A DNA stretch of 64,000 nt from Mobula hypostoma (lineage: Eukaryota): contig NC_086097.1 of the NCBI RefSeq assembly GCF_963921235.1, positions 127,164,001-127,228,000 on the forward strand, read 5' to 3'. Shown piece after piece: positions 34,544 to 45,046 of this stretch. A program made the translations under genes and the position numbers. Position 1 is the first letter of the stretch; every line of letters starts with the position of its first letter. A model generated the notes under the pieces. The model was not told the DNA's origin. It saw only the letters and a program-made list of their open reading frames with translations, and did not search any database.

Positions 34544-35905
34544 TTAGCGGAAGTTAGAGAAATCGATGTTCATGCCATCAGGTTGGAGGCTACCCAGACG
34601 GAATATAAGGTGTTGTTCCTCCAACCTGAGTGTGGCTTCATCTTTACAGTAGAGGAGGCCGTGGATAGACATGTCAGAATGGGAATGGGATGTGGAATTA
34701 AAATGTGTGGCCACTGGGAGATCCTGCTTTCTCTGGCGGACAAAGCGTAGATGTTCAGCAAAGCGGTCTCCCAGTCTGCGTCGGGTCTCGCCAATATATA
34801 AAAGGCCACATCGGGAGCACCGGACGCAGTATATCACCCCAGCCGACTCACAGGTGAAGTGTTGCCTCACCTGGAAGGACTGTTTGGGGCCCTGAATGGT
34901 GGTAAGGGAGGAAGTGTAAGGGCATATGTAGCACTTGTTCTGCTTACACGGATAAGTGCCAGGAGGGAGATCAGTGGGGAGGGATGGGGGGGACAAATGG
35001 ACAAGGGAGTTGTGTAGGGAGCGATCCCTGCGGAATGCAGAGAGAGAGGGGGAGGGAAAGATGTGCTTAGTGGTGGGATCCCGTTGGAGGTGGCGGAAGT
35101 TACGGAGAATAATATGTTGGACCCGGAGGCTGGTGGGATGGTAGGTGAGGACCAGGAGAACCCTGTTCCTAGTGGGGTGGTGGGAGGATGGAGTGAGAGC
35201 AGATATACGTGAAATGGGGGAGATGCGCTTAAGAGCAGAGTTGATAGTGGAGGAAGGGAAGCCCCTTTCTCTAAAAAAGGAAGACATCTCCCTCGTCCTA
35301 GAATGAAAAGCCTCATCCTGAGAGCAGATGGGGCGGAGACGGAGGAATTGCGAGAAGGGGATGGCGTTTTTGCAAGAGACAGGGTGAGAAGAGGAATAGT
35401 CCAGATAGCTGTGAGAGTCAGTAGGCTTATAGTAGACATCAGTGGATAAGCTGTCTCCAGAGACAGAGACAGAAAGATCTAGAAAGGGGAGGGAGGTGTC
35501 GGAAATGGACCAGGAAAACTTGAGGGCAGGGTGAAAGTTGGAGGCAAAGTTAATAAAGTCAACGAGTTCTGCATGTGTGCAGGAAGCAGCACCAATGCAG
35601 TCGTCGATGTAGCGAAGGAAAAGTGGGGGACAGATACCAGAATAGGCACGGAACATAGATTGTTCCACAAAGCCAACAAAAAGGCAGGCATAGCTAGGAC
35701 CCATACAGGTGCCCATAGCTACACCTTTAGTTTGGAGGAAGTGGGAGGAGCCAAAGGAGAAATTATTAAGAGTAAGGACTAATTCCGCTAGACGGAGCAG
35801 AGTGGTGGTAGAGGGGAACTGATTAGGTCTGGAATCCAAAAAGAAGCGTAGCGCTTTGAGACCTTCCTGATGGGGGATGGAAGTATATAAGGACTGGACA
35901 TCCAT
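34544..35905 (-). CDS. Penelope RT/GIY-YIG endonuclease, 453-aa open C-terminal part
   Basis: DVQSLYTSIP, GVAMGT, RYIDD, FLDL, YKPTD, Cys linker CKQNKCYIC, and VIYCVRC..C..LYIGETRR.L..RF.EH. Confidence 0.92.
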   Translation of the reverse strand: MDVQSLYTSIPHQEGLKALRFFLDSRPNQFPSTTTLLRLAELVLTLNNFSFGSSHFLQTKGVAMGTCMGPSYACLFVGFVEQSMFRAYSGICPPLFLRYIDDCIGAASCTHAELVDFINFASNFHPALKFSWSISDTSLPFLDLSVSVSGDSLSTDVYYKPTDSHSYLDYSSSHPVSCKNAIPFSQFLRLRPICSQDEAFHSRTREMSSFFRERGFPSSTINSALKRISPISRISALTPSSHHPTRNRVLLVLTYHPTSLRVQHIILRNFRHLQRDPTTKHIFPSPSLSAFRRDRSLHNSLVHLSPPSLPTDLPPGTYPCKQNKCYICPYTSSLTTIQGPKQSFQVRQHFTCESAGVIYCVRCSRCGLLYIGETRRRLGDRFAEHLRFVRQRKQDLPVATHFNSTSHSHSDMSIHGLLYCKDEATLRLEEQHLIFRLGSLQPDGMNIDFSNFR

Positions 35906-36619
35906 GGTGAAAATAAAGCGGTGTGGGCCAGGGAACTTAAAATCATCGAAAAGTTTAAGAGCGTGAGAAGTGTCACGAACATAAGTCGGAAGGGATTGAA
36001 CAAGGGGTGATAAAACAGTGTCGAGGTATGCAGAAACGAGAACAAGGGGTGTTGAGGCCTCACTTGGAGTATTGTGAGTGGTTTAGGGCCCTTTATCTGA
36101 GAAAGGATGTGCAGAAACGGGAGAGGGTTCAAAGGAAGTTCACAGAAATGATTCCAGGATTGAATGGTTTGTCATATGAAGAACGCTTGTTGGCTCTGGG
36201 CCTGTATTCACTGGAATTCAGAAGAATGAGGGGGGACTTCATTGAAAGCTATCAAATGGTGAAAGATCTTGATAGAGTGGATGGGGAGAGGATGTTTCCT
36301 ATGGTGAGACAGTCTAACACCAGAGGACATAGCCTCAGAATAGAGGGGTGTCCTTTTAGAATGAAAATGAGGAGGAATTTCTTTAGCCAGAGAATGGTGA
36401 ATCTGTGGAATCCTTTGCCACAGGCAATTGTGGAGGCCAAGTCTTCACGTATATTTAAGGCAGAGATTGATAAATTCTTGGTCAGGGCTTGAAGGGATAC
36501 AGGAGATCGGGGCTGAGAGGAAAATTGGATCGGCCATGATGAAATGGTGGAGCAGACTCGATGGGTCAAATGGCTTCTGTATCTTATGGTGTTTGGCCAC
36601 GTGAACAGTGTGCACAGGA

Positions 36620-37225
36620 ATGGGATCAGCACACAGCACACAACTCAGGGCACCTGTGTTGAGGATGATGGGGAGGGAGGAGTGCTCGGGATCCTAACTA
36701 TCTGAGGTCTGTTGATTATGAAGTCCAACACCCAGTTGTATAATTGTGCATCTAGACCAAAGAGCAGGAGTTTGTTCCCCAGGGTCTGTGGGACAACGGT
36801 GTTGAATGCCGAACTGGAATCCAGAAACAGCATTCTGGCAGGAGCCGTTGCTTTCTAGGCAAGTCCTGACAGATGCTGTGGCATCTGTTGTAGTACAGTT
36901 CTGCTGGTAAGCATGTTGTTGAGTGTCCAATGTGTCAGGAATGGAGTTTTTGATGCATCCCATCATCAGCAGTCCAAAGCACTCCCTGATGATTGACTTC
37001 AGTGCCACCTGACGGTAGTTGTTTAGTGCTTCATCTGTAGATTTCATTGATACAGGGCTGATGGAGGGTGAATTGAAGCACGTGGGGACAGCAGCCTGGG
37101 TGAGTGAAGAGTTGATGTCCAAGAGGAGGTCAGTGAGCTGGTGTGCACACTCCCTGGGCAGTCGGCCTTTGATGTTATCTCACCGGGCCTTAAGGGGGCT
37201 GACTCTGCAGATCCTTGTCCCGTTA
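36620..37225 (-). mobile_element. Old Rex1-like RT fragment
   Basis: [23 protein letters not shown] and NNYRQVAL peptides. Confidence 0.8.
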
Positions 37226-38399
37226 GTACATTAATGCCCCAACACATTTTAATTCACCTCTTAAAGATGTTACACGGTGGAATTTTCCAGCGAAGCGTGT
37301 TAATTTCCAGGATGCGCCGGAATTAGGGGCCCGACGATTGGAAAGGGAGAGCGGCTGATATCAACTGGTGAGCCAGATGCCGTACCAATGGGATTTCTGA
37401 AAACTATTAACCCTGGGTCAGAAATTAATAGTGAACAATTCATTTTAGAAAATGATAACGTGGCGTCAGGAGAGACAGCGGACGCCGGAATCTAACACGC
37501 GTGGTAACGGCGTGCATCATCGTGCACCTTCAGCCAGTGGCGAGTCTGATTTCACGGCCACAGCACCAGGTGGCGCTCCTCCAAGGGCTATTTCCATCTG
37601 AAAATAATGCCACACACACAAAAAGGTGTGAAACTCAAAAGTGATTTGGAACCACCCAGCGTTGCATGTTCGCTCCCACCTGGCTTGTGACCACCACGTG
37701 ACGCCGGACACCACCGAAAGAAACTTTGCCCAGTTTCTGCCCTTCCAGCTGATTTATGCAGCAGTACCGCACATGATCCGACCTTCCGGTTTTATTGATC
37801 ACCGCAGTCTATCAATATTACGGCATGGCCGGAATCATAGAATACGCGATTTTTGTCAGACGCTGATTGTTGTGCGATAAATTGATCAAATACATTACGG
37901 ACGAAGTGTGAATCGCTTAATATCTAAAATTGTAGAATGAATCTCCTTTACGCACACTCCGCCTATTTTTGTAGAAATCGAATCACTGACCATTGCAAAA
38001 GAAAACAAAACGCCTAAATTTCATCCTTTCAGAAAAAAATAAACTGTGCTAATCCGAATATTTCCGGTGAAACACTCTGCCCCATTATCACGGAGCAAGG
38101 AATGCAGTAGATAACCGCTAGAATAACACTTAGTTAATAGCCAACTTGGAAAACAGTGTCCTGATTGTGAATGTTTTACTTGCAACGGATGAAGTGACTC
38201 CCAATGACAACAAAACCCCCTAATCTGAAAACATTCATACCAAACTTTGGAATATAAAGGTCACGAACCTGATTATTAAAAAAAACTTAATGCCTTTTAC
38301 CTCTCCTTCCTGAGCGATCTGTTGGCAGAACAAAAATGAAACAATGGATAATCTTACGAAGAGAGTTGGAAAAAAAAGCACTTCCTAGGCTGTAAAGCT

Positions 38400-38788
38400 C
38401 TTGAAATCTCCTGATTTAGCGTTAGAGGATGCTTTATATTCCTCTTTTTGCAAAGGGCAGCCCGTTTCGGTGGAGAAAAGGGGGAATAAATTGGAGGAAG
38501 CAGCACAACGAAATCCCGCCTATGCTGGGAGCAAATGGAGCACGTGTCAATCAGATGACGTAACAGATTTTGGCGTGTTACCTGCTGCGAAGTTCGAATC
38601 GTTCATTGATAACATGTGAAGAGCAGAGATAGAGTGTGAGAGTGTGCGGTACACACATGGACTGAGTCGTTGCAGATATAGGGTGTATTTATATATATAC
38701 ATTTATTTATATTTTTAAAATATATATAGAGAGAGTTGTATTTTGTTTCACATCGAAAAGCAAAGTTTGTATCTGTCTGTTCTGGACA
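38400..38788 (+). promoter_or_regulatory. Putative promoter and 5' leader of the BMP7-like gene
   Basis: Repeat-free, CpG-containing DNA directly upstream of the ATG. CCCGCC at 38515, E-box CACGTG at 38541, CRE-like TGACGTAA at 38556 and a TA-rich tract near 38690. The TSS is not determined. Confidence 0.55.
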
Positions 38789-39215
38789 ATGGGACCATTT
38801 GCAGTCGAGCGGGGAGTCGCGCTCGGGTTGTTGTGGAGTTGTTGCCTGGTGGTCGAGTGGCTGTCCGTGGCGGGTAGCTTGCTGCTGGACACGGGCAGCC
38901 ACAGCGATCTCCACTCGAGTTTTGTGCACCGCCGCCTCAAACACCACGAGAAGAAGAACATGCAGCGGGAGATCCTCTCCATCCTGGGGCTGCCGCACCG
39001 GCCCAGACCTCACTCGCACGGGAAGCACAACTCGGCGCCCCTCTTCATGCTTGACCTGTACAATGCCATGTCCACCGGGGGCGAAGAGGAGGAGGAAGAG
39101 GGTTTTTCGCATCGGTACAGACCAGTCTTCACCACGCAGAGTCCACCGCTGGCCAGCTTACAGGACAGCTCTTTTCTCAACCAGGCGGACTTGGTCATGA
39201 GTTTCGTGAACCTAG
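38789..39215 (+). CDS. BMP7: Bone morphogenetic protein 7-like, coding exon 1 (signal peptide and N-terminal propeptide)
   Basis: [45 protein letters not shown] and [20 protein letters not shown] match the vertebrate BMP7 prodomain. Strong Kozak context (ACAATGG). Phase-1 donor CTAG|GTAAG after 39215. A BMP8-type paralog is not excluded. Confidence 0.85.
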
Positions 39216-41221
39216 GTAAGATTAAACTTTATAAATGAAAGCACACAGGCAGTACTCGTATGCATACTTACATCCGCACAGATATACACCGACTGTTCAC
39301 ACGTGCACATCTGCGCATGGACACGGAGACCTGCATATCTCTCTCCCAGACACGTACGCACGCAGGTTTAAACCCACCGTTTTCACAGAGTTCTTCATTT
39401 AAAATAAATCGATAAAATGTTTGCGGCTTTCCTTTTTTAAACCAAAGCTGATTAGAATCAACATCCAGGCAACAGAGTGTTCATTTTTGTTTTCAGGAGT
39501 GATTTGTTTTTATCAGATCGGAGTAGTTCGCAGTACCAGTAACTCAAAGAGTGGGTGAATTTTCTGCTTCGCATCCATAAAACAATTTATTAAACGTACC
39601 CGCATTATGACGGGGAACGCTAGCGCCGTGCAATACTTTAAAGTGCCCAGTGATCTAAGTGTGGACGGAGCCAAAACATGTGCTTTCGGGAGTTCAGTTA
39701 GATGCCTCCGACCCTGTTGCTGGGGCTTTCTTTGAATGTGTTAATTCAAAAGAACAAAAACAAAACCTTTGGCGTGGAATCTCGGAATGCCACTGTTTTG
39801 GTAGAGTTCTTAATTAGTATTGCGAAACTGTATACTCCGTGATAACGCGGCAAAGGAAGATATTTTAATCGTAAACTTACAAGCCATTATCCTAAATTGT
39901 GCTATGTGTGATTTATGGGGTGCAATGCACCTGCTACAGTGTTTCTCTGGAAGTAAACCGCGCGATTTTACTTTACTGGACTTCATTCGTAAATTGTACT
40001 GTATGTTTAATATTCTTCAATGAAACAGTGTGAAATCCCCTGTATGTTGCAATCTTGCAGCTGTAATCTTTAGTTAACTGGCATGCATTCTGACGGCTCG
40101 TTGAATGCAAACGTGCTATTTACTGTGTCAGATCTCGAAAAGTGCTCGGGGAGACCTTTCTCCTCTGTAAGGTGGGCCACCGTTCTGCACGCTTCTCAAA
40201 GCTTCCAGTCTGCGTGGTAGCTGACTTGGGATCTTTCTAACATCAACACCAGATTCTTTGACTGGTCTGTTTATTTGCCATAAATCTGACTGATGTTTGG
40301 AGACATTACCGAGGCTACTGTGCTCCGAAGCGGAAGAAGATTAAAAAAAATTGGCAAATAATGGTGCCTGTTAAAGCCGATCCCACTGGGTAAATAGTAT
40401 GTATCTACAGTCAAAACATCCTTGCTTAATAATGATGATGTGTTTGGAAAAAACAGAGAAAGGAAATAGTTCTGTATTTTTCTGGCAGAATCCAGATGAT
40501 TTTGCAGAGTATGTTTCCACCATAAATATCGAGCTGTCTATTGGATAAGAGGCACTTCTAGTAAATTAAACGCAGTTTTCGACGTAATTTAAAAGCTTTA
40601 CACTTCAGTGAAGATTTAAGTTAAATTAGCACGATAAGTAAATGCAGATATTCGTTCACGCTAAACTCCTGAAAGGATTCCACACCTGTGAAGCAACTTG
40701 ATGCTACTGGACTTTGGTTAGCGAGACTAGAGCTTTCATGGAGACATGGAGTGTGACCATTCACCCATTCGTTGTCACCTCAACCCTCCATCAGAAGCGG
40801 CTGTTTGCGTTTGTTACCCGGTGGCAGAAATCCAATGTCAAACTGCTAATATAAAATCGCATTGGGATGTCTCTAAAACTTGGAGTCACTGATGCATCAT
40901 GTCCTTGCTGACTGCCCACAACAATCCCATTCACCAGAAGACACTCCGTAGCCTTCCATGCCTTGGCAGTTCAAGAGCTAGTCCAGATGCTTGAAAGCCT
41001 TTGCTTACATCACCCACTCCATTCCAATAGAGGAAAATGTCCGTCCTCTGATTCCTTCTAAGCTTCCTTTCCCTTACCCTAACCCTATCCCCTTTAGTTT
41101 AGACACCTTGGTTATAAGAAAAAGTTCCCTGTTACCTACCCTATCTATGCCCACTCGCTCTTAACTTCCTTTGGTTCTACCCAGTTTCTTCCCCCCCCCC
41201 CCACTTCTGCCTCTTGTGCTC

Positions 41222-42072
41222 TGTGACAAGAATACACATAGATTACGATGTAGCTGTCCTGTGCTGGCACCAGTGGGATCAGCAGTTAGTCTGCCACCTG
41301 TCTTCAGGAAAGAGAGAGATAAGGAAAACCATGAAGCAGCACTTGGAGATGTTAATGAAGGGGAAGGAGAGCTGTCAAGATCGGCTCCCCCTTTGAACCC
41401 TGAATTGTTTGAAGTGATGGACAGGCGATACTCCAGCAGGGGGATAAAAAGGGACAGGTTCACTAAGGCAAGACACACACGACACCCGAGGTAACAAGAC
41501 CCTGGAAGCGGTGCATCTCTCACAAGTCGGTGGGAAGTACCGGGCCATAGACGCACAGGATGGAAAGGCACGATCGGCAGGAACCTGGTGTGTGTCCACC
41601 CTTGCCTGGGTGCTGGGTTCACCGCGGAGAAATGATCGTATCTGGAAACGGAGGGGGTCACGGCCGGTGACCTCAGATGACATCACAAAGGACTCACCCG
41701 AAAGCTGACTGCGAAGGTCTGTGTGGAAGCCTTGAATATTCATTCGTTTTGCTCTCTCTCTCCTTCCCCCCACTGTCCATCGCCACGGCAGCGATTACTG
41801 CGAACTGAACTGAACTAAATTGAACTGAACTTTGCGTCACTTTGAAACTGGTCATTTACCCCTAGACAACGATAGAGCTTGATTAATCCTGTTATCTTAA
41901 TTCTGTGTGCATGTGTGTTTATCATTGCTGAACTGTTGCATTGATTATCCTTTTGATTAGAGTACTGTGTTGCTTGTTTCTTTAATAAAACTTTCTTAGT
42001 TCTAGTAATCCAGACTCCAACTGAGTGATCCATTTCTGCTGGTTTGGCAACCCAGTTACGGGGTACGTAACA
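41222..42072 (+). mobile_element. Solo LTR (~850 bp, probably Ty3/Gypsy)
   Basis: TGTGAC...GTAACA termini and a 4-bp TSD GCTC / CCTC (3/4 match). TATA-like GATAAAA near 41443 and AATAAA near 41984. No internal genes. Confidence 0.8.
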
Positions 42073-43962
42073 CCTCCATGAGAAACAATCCCATTCTATC
42101 CATCCTCTTCTCGTAACTGAAATGGTCCATCGCATGCAACGTCCCCTGTGTAACCACCACCTTCAGATCTAGTTCAACAACCAACACGGACACTGTGAAT
42201 TACTTCCACTTAATTCAATAGCCACAATGGATCAGATTCCAGACCACCCTGCTCCCAGGAAAGGTGTGCACTTCACTGGAAGTTCAGCCTCGGCAGGAGT
42301 CCCAGTGTGATTTGTAGTGCTATTTCTTCTGCAGAGAATATTCTGTCTTGCTTTTTCTGTCAAGCGGTGGAAATGCGCTTGTTGGTGTGAATATGTATGT
42401 TATTACTGTGGTGCACACCCTATGTAAATGTGATGGACTACTGGGATGCTTGTTGAGTTTTTTAAAAAATCAGCAATAAATGTTAGCATCTGCAATACCG
42501 GTGTAGTGAACAACATGTCTGACACTGTTATAGGGTAATAATATACTCCAGGGTTTTGAAAGGCTCCTAAACCAAGGGCAGGACTTGTGGGTAAGTAGTT
42601 CAGTACATCTGTTTTACCTTGGAGAATTCAACAACAAGATAGATTTGTTGTGTTAAATTCCTCTCTTTTTCTCTATCGATAGGCGTTTAAGAGAACAGTT
42701 GTTAGCAGTTTTGACTGATGGAGGTAGTGTTGGTGTCATTCTTTGGCATTGAATTTAGTTGAGAGTTTTTAACAATGGCAACAAGGTAGATGAAATACAA
42801 CTTGACATTTCATATATTGTGCCAGACATTTCTAAAACAGGCAGGCTTGCGGACGTTCACCCTGGTGAGTACTCTTGTTCTCCCCTTTCAACTTGTGAGA
42901 ATATACACCACACAAACACAGTGGTCATGAATGGCTATCAGTTATGCTCTCGCACAGCTCATTTTGCCTTGAGAAGGATTTAAAGAATCTGTGACTGCAG
43001 GGATGTGACCTACATTCCAAAGGGTAGACTCATGAGACACAAACTCTGCCTCTGAAGGAGCTGGAATCTCTGGCAGGATTAAAGGATGTGGGAAAGGAAG
43101 GATGTCTGGAGAAGATGGCAGAGGCCGTCTGCGAACTGACTGGTGCCACAGGAGAGAGCGCGGGTGCTAGAGCTCTGAAGCAGCACACAACAGCACTGCA
43201 AGAATTCAGTCAATGGTTTTTAATACGGGATCTTTCATATGGACTGGAGAGAAAGGGGAGGGAAGGGGTTCTCTCTCTGTAATGTCATTTGTTGACTCTG
43301 AATGAGTGGTCTGGGAACTTGACTAGTTAATGGAAAAGGTGAAGAGTTCTTGATGGAGGTAGAATACAGTGTCCAGTTATGGTAAGTGGGCCTTATCCAG
43401 GGTCTCCACTGTGTGGTCGGAACACAGGGAGTTACTAGAAGGAAGCATCTGAGGGTTGGAGAGCTGTGTTGATGGGTCTGCACAGTGACATAGCTACTAT
43501 TGCTCTGCTTCACAATTTGTGTCCAATCTTGGCTTCCAGTGTTGTCTGAGTGGAGTTCATATGCTCTCTGTGATCACGTTAGTGACCCAGGTCTCAAATT
43601 TCCTCCCACATTCCAACAGAATATAGCTTGGTAGGTTGATTGACTATTAAGTTGCCCATGGTGAAATTTACTTCATGAAAGCTTGAAGTCTCGTTAGGAG
43701 TGAGTCCCTGAAGTGTCGAGTGACAGAGTAACATCTTGCAGGGTGGGAGCCATTTGAAACCTGCAAGTCCCACCAGGAATGAGTCACTGTGTGAGCCAAT
43801 AAAAAGGGAGGTGTAAGTGGAGCAGCCACTCTGTGAGTGGACCATGTTAGAGTGATCCGGCTCTGGCTCAATAGGCTTAGGCAAGCACAGGATTGGACAA
43901 GCACAAATCAGGCGCCAAGTGATTTTCCAGGGATTTTTTTTTCCAGTTTATACATAACTAGT

Positions 43963-44262
43963 TGTAACAAGCTCTTGGGCCTGTGTGGAGAGCTGGAGAG
44001 TGTAGAGCTCTGAAGTTTTTATAGCACCTAAACTGGTTAACTGTCATTTAACGCGAGTCGTTAATTGTTTAGATTTACTTGTGTTTTCTCGAGTGACTTG
44101 CTCTTTGTAATGTGGTGTCCTGGTGCTTTCTGTGTGAACTTGTTAAGTTTATTTTGATGCTCTGTTGGAACTCTTAAGAATAAACTTTGGTAGCTGTCTC
44201 TACATTGGAGTCTGTCTTTCCTCCGCATCTGGGTTCCAACATTGCCTGCACACGTCATGACA
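43963..44262 (+). mobile_element. Short solo-LTR-like element (300 bp)
   Basis: TGTAACA...TGACA termini, internal AATAAA, and flanks ACTAGT / GCTAGT. It interrupts the CR1 5' region. Confidence 0.6.
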
Positions 44263-45046
44263 GCTAGTGTGCTGAGAATGGCTCCAGAGTTCCGGGTGCT
44301 AGGATCAGGGACATCTCAGATTGAGTCCATGACACTAAGTTAAAGGACAGGACCATCAGGGTTGTGATCGCAGGATTGCTACCTGTGCCACATGCTAGTG
44401 AGTTCAGAAATAACGAAGATCAGATCACACAGTTTAACACGTGGCTAAGAAGTTGGTGCAGGAGGGTGGGCATCAGATCTTTTGGATCATTGGGCTTTCT
44501 TCCAGGAAAGTGGGACCTGTACAGAAGAGATGTTTTGCACCAGAACTGGAGGGGGACAAATATCCTAGCGGGAAGCTTTGCTAATGCTGCACCGGGGGGT
44601 GGGGGGGGGCACGCGGTGGGGGGGTTATTCTAGATTTGGGAACCAGAGTGCCAGAACAGATAGTGGAGTGGTTGTAGAGAAAAATGTTGTTAAGCCTTCA
44701 TACAAGGTCCGGAATCAAAGGATTTAGCACTGTGGCACTAATGTTCTGAGCTGCATATATTTCAATGCAAGAAGTATTGATGGTAAGGTGGATGAGCTTA
44801 GGACATGGAATTATGACATTGTTGCCATTAATGAGATTGGCTGCAGGAGGGGCAGGGCTAGCAGACCAATATTCCAGGTTTCCGTTGTTCTAGATGTGAT
44901 AGAGCAGGAGAGATTAAAGGGGAAGGGCTGGCATTGCTAGTCAGAGAAAGGGTCACGGAAGTGCTCAGTCAGGACAGACTGGAGAGCTCATCTAGTGAGG
45001 CTTTATGAGTAGAACTGAGGAATGAGAAATGTACAGCCAAGTTAAT

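Larger units (their letters stand above)
34150..36045 (-). mobile_element. 5'-truncated Penelope-like element (Neptune-type)
   Basis: RT and GIY-YIG ORF, polypyrimidine-rich 3' UTR and hammerhead, inserted in CR1. TGTTGAGGC is repeated at 34141-34149 and 36050-36058, but may be host microhomology rather than a TSD. Confidence 0.93.
31466..36592 (+). mobile_element. Decayed CR1 (ORF1 end, APE endonuclease, RT, 3' UTR) interrupted by Penelope
   Basis: GGGIAL, MGDFN, SDH, GPDGLHPRVLKE and NYRPVSLTSVV motifs. It resumes as RPHLEYC after 36050. Confidence 0.88.

Noticed and set aside
38603..39200. Overlapping ORFs 38603-39112 (-) and 38736-39200 (+)
   Set aside because: Alternative-frame shadows of the GC-rich BMP exon with no recognisable motifs.
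39216..39238. Read-through of the BMP ORF to GKIKLYK-stop (149 aa)
   Set aside because: A consensus donor AG|GTAAG falls at the conserved exon 1 end, so the extra residues are intronic.
41161..41773. ORFs within the LTR region as gag or env
   Set aside because: They lie within or overlap a solo LTR and have no retroviral motifs.
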